Positions 1 through 8,088 of a stretch of DNA of 15,413 bases are shown here, one piece after another. The notes beneath the pieces are model-generated. The model worked only from the letters and a program-made list of their open reading frames with translations, ran no database searches and had not been told where the DNA came from. This DNA is from Candidatus Helarchaeota archaeon (GTDB lineage: Archaea > Asgardarchaeota > Lokiarchaeia > Helarchaeales > RDOG01): the NCBI GenBank assembly GCA_029838215.1, contig JALGVI010000068.1, forward strand, positions 1 through 15,413, written 5' to 3'. The stretch's first letter is position 1. Each line of letters begins with the position of its first letter. The position numbers were made by a program, and so were the translations under genes.

Positions 1-3000
1 GTGACATTGATTTCATCAAAATAGCAGTAAGTACGGTTGGTAACCGAACCGTTCACGTATAATGTAAGGTTAGGCGTGGATTTAAGGATTTCATAGGATT
101 TCATCAAAGTTGAATTCCAATTACCTGCGGCATCACTGAAATACCAACGGTAATCATATGAACCAGCTTCTAAGTCTGACACATTAAAAGCGAAACCTTT
201 GGTCTCATCGTAATTTATTGTATTATTTTCTCCTAACCATTCAAAAAGGACATGACTTACGTTCAAGTTATCGGTAATGTTTAAACTAAATGTATAATTC
301 TGATTTGGTAAATACTCTTGGGGTGAAGATGGATTCACGGTTTCGTTAATAATAATGGGAGCTTGAGTGTCATGGGTATATTTCAAGTAGAGTAAATCCA
401 GTGATCCCGCTCCTTGACTTGAGGTAGTCCCTAAAATGTAAATCGATTCATTGATCGAAATAACCCGCTTAAATGAATCATCTCCATCACCTAACCAAAC
501 CATGAATTCATCGGTCTCGTGATATTCATCTAAGATGAGCAGAAATCCATCCATTGTATTGGTCCCGAAACTTGAAGTACGACCTACAATACATAATTGC
601 GAATTCATTTTTGTAATCCCGATAGGGAAATCAACAAGAACACCTCCCCACGACCTATTCCATCTTTGTTGTCCCGTTGAATAATTATAGTTTAATAGCC
701 AAGAATCTATGGTTCCTCCTATATTATAAAACTCTTCATCATCGATTAGGAGTAAATCTTCACCATTATATTCCTCAAAAATTGTGACCCAAGTCGTATT
801 CCAGATTTGATCCCCATTTGTTGCATTGTATTTGACCAAGAAGCCATTCCAACCGTTGCTATTTACGGGTCCAACCGCAATTAGTGTGTCATTCAAGTAC
901 TCTATACTAGTAAAAAGATCGTCTGCTGGAGTATCGAAGGTTCGATTCCATAGTTCTTCTCCAGAGGTTGAATTGAATTTGGCAATAAACCCTGAATACG
1001 TGGTAAGGACCCTGCAAACCCCAGCGATATAAACGATATCGTTGCTTGGCGTAACTACAACATCATATGCTTCATCCAATTCAGGTTTATCCCATGTTAC
1101 ATTCCATATTTGATTCCCATCCTTATCAAATTTAACGAGAAACACCCTCGAAGTTGTTTCAATCCAATCATAACCCGTTAAGTAAATGAACTCACCATCA
1201 CTTGATATTGCAATGGCAGTCCCGAGATCATTTAACGTGGGGTCACCATATGAAATATTCCAAATCTCAGACCCATTTAGATCAAATTTAACCAAAAATG
1301 CATCATGTAGACCTGATGAATTTTCATAACCACAACAATAAATTGTGTCATTTGCATAATCTGCATCATATAGAAAATCATACGCACTCGTCCCCCAAGT
1401 GTTATCAGCCTCTTGAATCCAACGTTCGTAAAAATTCCCCGTATTAAATAAATTTGGAGTCACCTCTAATTCGATTTCATTTAAAAGAAAAATCGTATTA
1501 TCTGAATCATTGGCAAAAATCTGGATGACTGAGGAACCAAATGGCCACTCTACAATCGAACTATTAATATAATGGGTTCCATTAAACGCAAGAGTTGTAT
1601 TCGTCGACCAATAGGAAGCTGCAGAGTTTTTGATCCGGAACCAACAGGAATTAAAATTCGTTACATTTTTGAAAATTACGGGAATCAAGTTATGGTCATA
1701 TGTGGTATTTAGAGGGCTTAAAAATCCTGTTGGATTGAGGAGATTTGCGCGATATATTTCAAATGTACCTGTTTGATTGCCTTCCCAGATTAGAGAAATC
1801 ATATCATTTGTATTTCGCGCTATTTTCGCGTTTCGTTTATATCCTGTACTTGAATTTAATACAAACTGCTTAGAACTGGAACTTGTTATATTACAATAAA
1901 TTAGATCTCCGTATTCATTTGTCCAGACGATATGTGTTACGTTTTGGGCATCGGATACAATATTAGGGTATTCATCAGAGAAATCATTAGCACTCACGTT
2001 AATAACGGTCTTAAAATTGCTTGAGCTATTCGTATAGAAAATCTCACCGTCGTTGCCATCGTAACCACGCCATGTGAGATGGATAACGTCTGCATCATCA
2101 ATATAAGCATTAGGGAATGTATTGTGTATCGAATTGGAAGTGATTTGAAACGCCTCTCCAAATTCTCCTAGAGAATTGTTTTTCACATAAATCTCAGAAA
2201 CACCCGTCGAATTATCATCGTAAAATACGAATATCACATCCTCTGAATTGATTACTATGTTGGAATGGCTAGATACATTATCATTCTCAGTTATATTGAA
2301 AAAATCTTCAAATTGACCGGTAGAATCATTAGCATATCTGATATTCGAATATCCATTTTCGTCATGAGTCCAAGTAATGTGAACTACCCCTGTACTATCA
2401 ACAACAATGTCTGGTTCGCTATCCCAATAACTATTAGCTGAAATATTTACTGGAGTGTTGAATTGTCCACCCGAATCATTACAATATAAAATTTCCGAGT
2501 CGGTATCGTACCCACCCCAAATGATATGAGTTATGTTGTTTTGATCATCACTTGCAATGTGCGGAAAAAAATCGTTATATGTTTCACTATTTGAGATATT
2601 TGTTGGTGTTGAAAATGAACCGAGGGAATTTTGGGTGAAAAAAATATCGAAATTATTCTCGTCCCCTTTTCCGTGCCATACGATATTCTCTTGACCGTTT
2701 TCTCTAATGTATAAATCCGAGCTAGGTATGCTCCAAGTAATTTCTGCATTAGTAGATAATTGTTCCGGAATTAATGTTAAATTGTTTGATGGCGTGCTAA
2801 ACCAAGTATCGATATGGCGTTCAATTCCAAAAGTATCAATGTAAAAAAGTTGAACGTGATTCCGAGTCCTATTAAATTGAGCAATGGTGGAATTGATAAA
2901 AACTGTTCCATTGAAGTACATGGAGGAATTTGATGTCCACCCCATTTTATCTTCTGTCCGGTACCATGCACTCTCGATGCTTGTGATATTATTAAAGATT

Positions 3001-5246
3001 AGTGGAATAAATTGAGAATCATACACCTTATCTCTTGGAGAATAATCCATCACGTGAAATTTCTGAATGCGATGGTTTGCATAATCGGTAATATAAATAT
3101 AGCCCTTGTAAGTAGCCAAGTCGATTGGCGTGTTAAATTGACCTGTCTTATTCCCTGATTCACCCCACTCGTTAAGATATCCTCCTGTCGTATTAAAAAT
3201 CTGGATATTATTGTTAATGCCAGCATCCCCTACATAAACATTGTCGAACTCATCAATTTCAATACCACAAGGTTTGGAAAAATTTCCCCATTCCAATAAA
3301 TAGTTCAAATTATTATCGTATTTGAATATTTTATTTAGTGCATCGTCAGTGATGTATACGTTGTCTACTTGATCAATAGCAATACCAATCACGTCATCGA
3401 CTGTATGGGTGGAGGTTTCATTAATAAGTGAACCCGTTTTATTGAATTTCTTAACTTTATTGTCATTAATTGTGGTAACAAATATATTATTATTAGAATC
3501 AATAGCAATTGCGGTAGGTCTACCTCCCACCGCCCAGCTCCCGACAAAGTTGCCTGAATTATCGTACTTTTTTATAACTTGTCCATCATAATCTCCAACA
3601 TAAACAATATTTTCTGAATCAATTGCTAACCCGGTAGTTGTCCCTCCGATAGCCCATTTCAAAACAAATGTTCCGTTTTCCGTAAACTTCTTCACATATT
3701 CATTATTTTCATCAGCAACATAAACATAACCTTGAGAATCAACATCTATCCCAAATGGCCACTGAAATTCGTCATCGCCCGTCCCTTCACTCCCCCACGA
3801 TTGAACAAAATCAATATCATCACGAAATTGAATTTTTCTGTAAAAAATGTCGTAATCAGATCCTGATCCAACATAATCTGCTGTATGATCTTCCCAAACT
3901 ATATGAACGATTCCTACATCTTCAACAGCTATTCTAGCGCAGATGGAAGAACAATTACTATTTTTTGAAATTAAATCCGTGTCATTATCGATTCCCTTCC
4001 AAACTTTCGTGTCTGAATCCCAATATTTATAGAATATGTCTGAATCCGTGCCTGCCCCAAAAATATCGGATTCATCCTGCCATGTGACGTGAACGTTCCC
4101 GTTAATGTCAACATCAATTGCTGGATGAGAAGAAGTAGCAGTACTCTCCGTTGAAATGACATCTGTTGAATTTATTTTACCGTTCCACTCATCAGTACTC
4201 GAATTTTTGAATTTATAGAAAATATTGTAATCTAACCCATATGAAGGTAAATTGTCATCCCAGACTAAATGGATATTTTCCAAATTGTCTATAACAATAT
4301 CAGGATTTCTTGAAGTCCCTGCTCCCGCAGAAATAACTTCAGTCAAAGTCCATTCTTTAGTTGTTGAGTTCCAGAATTTATAGAAAATGTCATAATCCGT
4401 TCCAGCACCATTGTAATCAGAAGAGTCAGACCAAGCTACGTGGACATTACCTCCTCCATCTACAGCAAGTGTAGGATAATATGAGTTTCCAGAACCTTCC
4501 GTGGAAACATTATCTGTTGAATTGATTTTTCCAGACCACAATTGTGTTGTATGATTTCTCATTCGATAAAGAATATCATTTTTTCCCATCGTGACACCTT
4601 CATACCATGCGACATGAACATTTCCATCCATGTCAACATCGATGACAGGAAATTTGGAAGATTCATTGCTTCCATCTGAAACCAGTTTGATATTTGTCCA
4701 AGAATTAGACGAAGCATTCCAACACCTATAATAAATGTCCTGATCTGTTCCAGAATTATTATAATCTTGCGTGTCGTTCCAAACAACGTGAATATTACCC
4801 TGAAAATCTACGAAAATGTCTGGAGATTCTGATACATTATTACTTTCTTCAGAGATCAAGTCTAGAGAATTTATTTTTCCACTCCATATTCCAGAACTGG
4901 AATTTCTGAACGTGTAAAATACATCACGATCCGAACCAGAACTGATTAAATTATTTGTATCGTCGAACCAAACAACGTGAATATTTCCTTGGGAATCAAG
5001 AGCGATATTTGGAGACCCGGATTCATCTGTACTAGAGTTTGACACCACCTCTGTTCCTGACCAATAAAATGCCGAAATATGAAATACTGGTGGGTTTTCG
5101 TCAGGCGTGCTTTGATAAAAACTTGTTGATTTATCAAACCGTTGGTAAAACCAACTAGGAAATGGCAAAAGAGCAAAATAAAATGAAAATGATAATAATA
5201 AGATAAAGCTCATGGCAAAAATCTTCCTTTTCGTTGATATAATCAT
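1..5246 (-). CDS. Giant secreted/cell-surface multi-beta-propeller repeat protein; partial, its C-terminus lies beyond the window start. Layout in protein order: signal peptide (MIISTKRKIFAMSFILLLSFSFYFALLPF), 7 x ~60-aa repeat with consensus P-x-I-x-V-D-x-x-G-N-[VI]-H-[VI]-V-W ... D-x-D-I-[FY]-Y, NHL repeats, a second 7 x ~47-aa repeat, SBBP-like beta-propeller repeats, Ig-like region.
   Basis: Manual translation of the minus strand gave an uninterrupted frame from the ATG at 5246 (an alternative ATG lies at 5213) to position 1. Spot-checks of the frame succeeded, for example TATSSHPAIDVDINGNVHVTW at 4080..4142 and ITDYANHRIQKFHV at about 3050. The ORF track shows no minus-strand ORF of 60 aa or more in this frame, which is expected for a frame open to the window edge with no in-window stop; an in-frame stop would have produced a listed ORF. 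All listed ORFs inside this span are short and in other frames. There is an in-frame upstream stop at 5268..5270. The SD-like motif GAAGGGA (5252..5258 on the minus strand) sits 6 nt before the ATG. The start is followed by a positively charged segment and a hydrophobic stretch, consistent with a signal peptide. NHL-type motifs are present (WPFGIDVDSQGYVYVAD, PTAIAIDSNNNIFVT, ANHRIQKF). SBBP-like motifs are present (DAFLVKFDLNGSEIWN, VFLVKFDKDGNQIWN, GFLVKYNATNGDQIWN). Confidence 0.8.
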   Translation of the reverse strand, partial: MIISTKRKIFAMSFILLLSFSFYFALLPFPSWFYQRFDKSTSFYQSTPDENPPVFHISAFYWSGTEVVSNSSTDESGSPNIALDSQGNIHVVWFDDTNNLISSGSDRDVFYTFRNSSSGIWSGKINSLDLISEESNNVSESPDIFVDFQGNIHVVWNDTQDYNNSGTDQDIYYRCWNASSNSWTNIKLVSDGSNESSKFPVIDVDMDGNVHVAWYEGVTMGKNDILYRMRNHTTQLWSGKINSTDNVSTEGSGNSYYPTLAVDGGGNVHVAWSDSSDYNGAGTDYDIFYKFWNSTTKEWTLTEVISAGAGTSRNPDIVIDNLENIHLVWDDNLPSYGLDYNIFYKFKNSSTDEWNGKINSTDVISTESTATSSHPAIDVDINGNVHVTWQDESDIFGAGTDSDIFYKYWDSDTKVWKGIDNDTDLISKNSNCSSICARIAVEDVGIVHIVWEDHTADYVGSGSDYDIFYRKIQFRDDIDFVQSWGSEGTGDDEFQWPFGIDVDSQGYVYVADENNEYVKKFTENGTFVLKWAIGGTTTGLAIDSENIVYVGDYDGQVIKKYDNSGNFVGSWAVGGRPTAIAIDSNNNIFVTTINDNKVKKFNKTGSLINETSTHTVDDVIGIAIDQVDNVYITDDALNKIFKYDNNLNYLLEWGNFSKPCGIEIDEFDNVYVGDAGINNNIQIFNTTGGYLNEWGESGNKTGQFNTPIDLATYKGYIYITDYANHRIQKFHVMDYSPRDKVYDSQFIPLIFNNITSIESAWYRTEDKMGWTSNSSMYFNGTVFINSTIAQFNRTRNHVQLFYIDTFGIERHIDTWFSTPSNNLTLIPEQLSTNAEITWSIPSSDLYIRENGQENIVWHGKGDENNFDIFFTQNSLGSFSTPTNISNSETYNDFFPHIASDDQNNITHIIWGGYDTDSEILYCNDSGGQFNTPVNISANSYWDSEPDIVVDSTGVVHITWTHDENGYSNIRYANDSTGQFEDFFNITENDNVSSHSNIVINSEDVIFVFYDDNSTGVSEIYVKNNSLGEFGEAFQITSNSIHNTFPNAYIDDADVIHLTWRGYDGNDGEIFYTNSSSNFKTVINVSANDFSDEYPNIVSDAQNVTHIVWTNEYGDLIYCNITSSSSKQFVLNSSTGYKRNAKIARNTNDMISLIWEGNQTGTFEIYRANLLNPTGFLSPLNTTYDHNLIPVIFKNVTNFNSCWFRIKNSAASYWSTNTTLAFNGTHYINSSIVEWPFGSSVIQIFANDSDNTIFLLNEIELEVTPNLFNTGNFYERWIQEADNTWGTSAYDFLYDADYANDTIYCCGYENSSGLHDAFLVKFDLNGSEIWNISYGDPTLNDLGTAIAISSDGEFIYLTGYDWIETTSRVFLVKFDKDGNQIWNVTWDKPELDEAYDVVVTPSNDIVYIAGVCRVLTTYSGFIAKFNSTSGEELWNRTFDTPADDLFTSIEYLNDTLIAVGPVNSNGWNGFLVKYNATNGDQIWNTTWVTIFEEYNGEDLLLIDDEEFYNIGGTIDSWLLNYNYSTGQQRWNRSWGGVLVDFPIGITKMNSQLCIVGRTSSFGTNTMDGFLLILDEYHETDEFMVWLGDGDDSFKRVISINESIYILGTTSSQGAGSLDLLYLKYTHDTQAPIIINETVNPSSPQEYLPNQNYTFSLNITDNLNVSHVLFEWLGENNTINYDETKGFAFNVSDLEAGSYDYRWYFSDAAGNWNSTLMKSYEILKSTPNLTLYVNGSVTNRTYCYFDEINV

Positions 5247-5323
5247 ATTATTCCCTTCTTTGGATTCTTAAGATTACCTCATCTTTTCTATTCAGTGACT
5301 TGGAATATTTTTCTTAAACAATA

Positions 5324-6070
5324 TTATCTATTAAATTCTCGATTCTGCATTTTTCTTTCATATTCTGGTTCAAGTATCCAACCTCGGATGTTAAAGGTGA
5401 TGACATCCAAGCCCCATTCTTGAAATTCCTCAACACTCTGAGCTCGTATTTCCGAGATTAATTCGTCTTTTTCGACACCCCCACGGATGACTACATGACC
5501 TGGATACTGACTGAGCTTATCCCTAAGGATATTTCTAATTGTATCAAGGATCCAAGCCTGTAAATCATCATGTGTATATAAATAGGGGTTCATTTTGTCT
5601 CGGATTGCTGTTTGTACGTCAATGTACTTTTCTTCTAGCTTCGCCTTCGTGATTTTTTCTCGTTTTTTTTCTCCTTCAAGAAAGACTTCCTCTTCAATAC
5701 CCTTTGTAAATTGAATTGACTGGGCGATTACGACATTACTATAGAAATTTAATGGATCGTTAATTTTAACCGTGATGTTGCCGTTACACCCCAAAACTGT
5801 GTCCTGGGTATACACTCCGTTACGTTGGGGGATACCCCAGTCAATCTTTAAATTCGTCTTTATCACGTAGATAATTTCGCTCCCAACTTTTTCTTTTTTT
5901 TGGAGTTTATGAGATCCACCTTCAAAGATCTCCTGATATTCACCATTTCTAAAGAAGAGTCCATATTCATAGGGTTTAACAATAAATCCCTTATCTTTTG
6001 TCGTAATAGGACGACGCCAAACAATTCCCTTATTCTGGGACAAATCCCAAGAAATTAGATTACTACCCAA
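5324..6070 (-). CDS. SPFH/band-7 (stomatin/flotillin-like, COG4260-like) domain protein
   Basis: 248-aa ORF with a TTG start at 6070, preceded by AAGGA about 10 nt upstream. The layout resembles the SPFH core: ...YVIKTNLKIDWGIPQRNGVYTQDTVLGCNGNITVKINDPLNFYSNVV matches the T.D...v.vd.vv.yrv.dp..f pattern, and ...LRDKLSQYPGHVVIRGGVEKDELISEIRAQSVEEFQEWGLDVITFNIRGWILEPEYERKM matches the wGi.v..v.I.di..p region. The gene begins 18 nt after the stop of the upstream same-strand gene. Confidence 0.6.
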   Translation of the reverse strand: MGSNLISWDLSQNKGIVWRRPITTKDKGFIVKPYEYGLFFRNGEYQEIFEGGSHKLQKKEKVGSEIIYVIKTNLKIDWGIPQRNGVYTQDTVLGCNGNITVKINDPLNFYSNVVIAQSIQFTKGIEEEVFLEGEKKREKITKAKLEEKYIDVQTAIRDKMNPYLYTHDDLQAWILDTIRNILRDKLSQYPGHVVIRGGVEKDELISEIRAQSVEEFQEWGLDVITFNIRGWILEPEYERKMQNREFNR

Positions 6071-6088
6071 ATTATCACATCCTTATGT

Positions 6089-7576
6089 TCATGATGGTTC
6101 TTTTAAATACCAGATTTCGCCTTTGGAGTGACTGGAATCGTGAACGAGAATCTTATTTTTTACCAACTCCTTCAGAGCATGCCGTGCTCGTTCTTGAGAC
6201 CAATTCAAAGATTTTATAATCATGGTAAGGGTTATCTTTCCTGTTTCGTTAATTAATTTTAGAATTGAATTCTGATCAGCTACTTGAAATTCATCTAAAA
6301 TGTGAGTAAACTCCTCCCTGAGTTGATTCGCCACGTTCTTCGCCTGATTCAACTCTGGCATGATTTGGATCCTCAGGTTGAGCAGTGTCGTGAGGTCTGA
6401 AACCGCTTTATTGATTTCTTGGATTAGGAGGGAAGTTTCTACCATATCTTCAAGTTGCTCCTCAAGCCGTGCAGATAAATTCAGTAAAATACTTGCTTGA
6501 ATAAAGAGAACGTTCATTATCTCGGCACTAATTCGCCTAACTTCCTTGTGTTTTATTTCTCGAATGATCAACTTCGTCAATTGAGTCTTCAAGGACGTCA
6601 CGCGGCTTCTCAGCTTATTGATTCGATTTCGATAATTTGCATTTTTGATAAAGTGCTTCATGGCTTTATTGAAGGAAACAATAGCTTGGCTCAGAATCGT
6701 TTGAACTTGTTGCTTGATTCGTTTTTCGTAGTCCTTTAGATCTTCACTCCTTTTAAAATCAACTTTGAGGAGCAAACCACTCTGCATTTTTATGCGCTCT
6801 ATAACTTGTCTGATCTGGTTTTCCTTCTGCTCTTGTTTCTCGATCTTATCTATGTATTGAACTATCGAAGTGAGAGGCTCCTTGAAAACAGAAGTGAGGA
6901 AAAAATCCTTGTAGAACTGGTTCCAGACGTTCTCATGCAGTTGATTGATCTCAGTTGAACGACTTGAAATCCAATTCGCAATCCGTGCTAACACAGTTTT
7001 ATCAAAGAATTCTCGTAGCTTGGTCGAATAGGACACATAGTCGTTAAATGGAAGCTGGTCCTTTTGGAATTCCGAAAAAAATTGGATTTGATCATGGAAA
7101 ATGAGTGCACTAACGAGTAGAACGGATATTAAAAATTGCAGTACCAACATTCTTAGATTCAATGGAAGGACGGTCGCATAGATCTCATTCAGAGAATTAA
7201 GTTGGAAGTCTCTATAAATACCTTTCTGGTATTCCTTTAGGCTTAAGAACAAGGGGCGCAAGAATTCAAGATATTCTCGTAACATCGTTGATTCCGCGGA
7301 TGTTAAATCAATCAAGCTCAAAATATATTTCAAATTCGTTATATAAAACGTGGAGGGAATTCCTGTTGTCCTGTCTTCTCGCGACTTATTAACCAACTGA
7401 TATTTTTCTAAGAGGTCCAAATCGGGACCTATCGTTTGTGGAGCCATTCCCAATATTTTGGAAATGCGTGACTTATTCTGTTCTGAGATGTATAACTCAA
7501 AAAGTATCTGCCTTAGTCGTGATATGCGGTCTCTTTGCATTTTTTTCAAGATCTGGGTAAAATCAGCGTCACTCAC
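6089..7576 (-). CDS. Hypothetical 495-aa protein with an N-terminal winged-helix/HTH-like region, a central predicted TM helix (LPLNLRMLVLQFLISVLLVSALIF), a long coiled-coil and a second C-terminal winged-helix-like region
   Basis: Long ORF with a GTG start at 7576, preceded by GAAGGGA (7581..7587 on the minus strand) 4 nt upstream; an alternative ATG lies at 7540. The N-terminal segment ISKILGMAPQTIGPDLDLLEKYQLVNK and the C-terminal segment ITLTMIIKSLNWSQERARHALKELVKNKILVHDSSHSKGEIWYLKE look like wHTH recognition units. The middle of the protein is rich in K/E/Q/L heptad-like sequence. No catalytic motif was recognised. Confidence 0.65.
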   Translation of the reverse strand: MSDADFTQILKKMQRDRISRLRQILFELYISEQNKSRISKILGMAPQTIGPDLDLLEKYQLVNKSREDRTTGIPSTFYITNLKYILSLIDLTSAESTMLREYLEFLRPLFLSLKEYQKGIYRDFQLNSLNEIYATVLPLNLRMLVLQFLISVLLVSALIFHDQIQFFSEFQKDQLPFNDYVSYSTKLREFFDKTVLARIANWISSRSTEINQLHENVWNQFYKDFFLTSVFKEPLTSIVQYIDKIEKQEQKENQIRQVIERIKMQSGLLLKVDFKRSEDLKDYEKRIKQQVQTILSQAIVSFNKAMKHFIKNANYRNRINKLRSRVTSLKTQLTKLIIREIKHKEVRRISAEIMNVLFIQASILLNLSARLEEQLEDMVETSLLIQEINKAVSDLTTLLNLRIQIMPELNQAKNVANQLREEFTHILDEFQVADQNSILKLINETGKITLTMIIKSLNWSQERARHALKELVKNKILVHDSSHSKGEIWYLKEPS

Positions 7577-7580
7577 GGAA

Positions 7581-7640
7581 TCCCTTCACCAATTTTAAAC
7601 GATATTCATATATACGATTCACTCATATATAAACCAATTG
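7581..7640 (-). promoter_or_regulatory. Promoter/leader of gene 6089..7576: tandem TCATATATA elements (plus strand 7603..7611 and 7621..7629; minus-strand reading GTATATATGA / TTTATATATGA), located 27..53 nt upstream of the GTG start, plus the GAAGGGA SD-like motif at 7581..7587
   Basis: Read directly in the sequence. The AT-rich TATA-like hexamers would serve either as an archaeal TATA box or as a bacterial -10 element. The RBS motif is identical to the one in front of the giant CDS. Confidence 0.3.
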
Positions 7641-7671
7641 GAATTCAAAATTTTTTAATCCCGAATAAGCA

Positions 7672-7866
7672 TTAACCAATTTCTCTTTTTAAATCTCTCA
7701 GGGAAAACGAGAAGAATTCTTCTATCGATGGGAATGACCGGTCTTCCCTACTCTCATCGTTGGTGTTTTTCTCTTTCTTTTGTTTCGCTCTTACTTGTCC
7801 TGCTTTGAAGCGTGTTGTGAGAATGAATAAAATGGTAGTATACGAGAAAGGGATATTTAGTGCCAT
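7672..7866 (-). CDS. Questionable small ORF (64 aa; hydrophobic N-terminus, K/E-rich C-terminus) inside the divergent intergenic region
   Basis: Present in the ORF track only. The ATG at 7866 has no SD-like motif upstream, and the ORF lies in a promoter/leader region of the downstream same-strand gene. It may be a spurious ORF over AT-rich DNA. Confidence 0.15.
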   Translation of the reverse strand: MALNIPFSYTTILFILTTRFKAGQVRAKQKKEKNTNDESREDRSFPSIEEFFSFSLRDLKREIG

Positions 7867-7889
7867 AAAAACTTAATTTGATCGGAAAA

Positions 7890-7910
7890 TTGCAATATTT
7901 ACGGTTGCAA
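7890..7910. promoter_or_regulatory. Candidate operator: TTGCAA-N9-TTGCAA (two self-palindromic hexamers) in the divergent intergenic region upstream of the HTH-gene cluster
   Basis: The sequence ttgcaatatttacggttgcaa was read directly. Three XRE-type HTH domains are encoded immediately downstream, which makes a palindromic operator plausible. No experimental support. Confidence 0.15.
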
Positions 7911-8088
7911 GTGTTCATTTTGTTGTTGATGTATCTGGTTGTTTCATTCTACGAAGAAATTTTTATCATATCTTTTGATTTCACGAACCTTCCAGATATA
8001 AAATTTCTAATTATTCTTGCCTGACAATCTTACACGAAACCAAACATTTTTAAACAAATAATATGATGATCATCCAGATGTAAAAAAT

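Noticed and set aside
2531-5176. Five minus-strand ORFs of 63-76 aa in the track (2531..2749, 2777..2971, 3971..4162, 4559..4786, 4946..5176), plus plus-strand ORFs 826..1032, 3409..3591 and 3755..3937
   Set aside because: All lie inside the giant unbroken minus-strand reading frame, in other frames or antisense. They are short and carry no domain signatures or RBS. They are spurious ORFs over a long real CDS. ORF 4946..5176 begins with a TTG that is merely frame-shifted relative to the real N-terminus.
6497-6739. Plus-strand 80-aa ORF
   Set aside because: It is antisense and internal to the 495-aa minus-strand CDS, with low-complexity translation. It is spurious.
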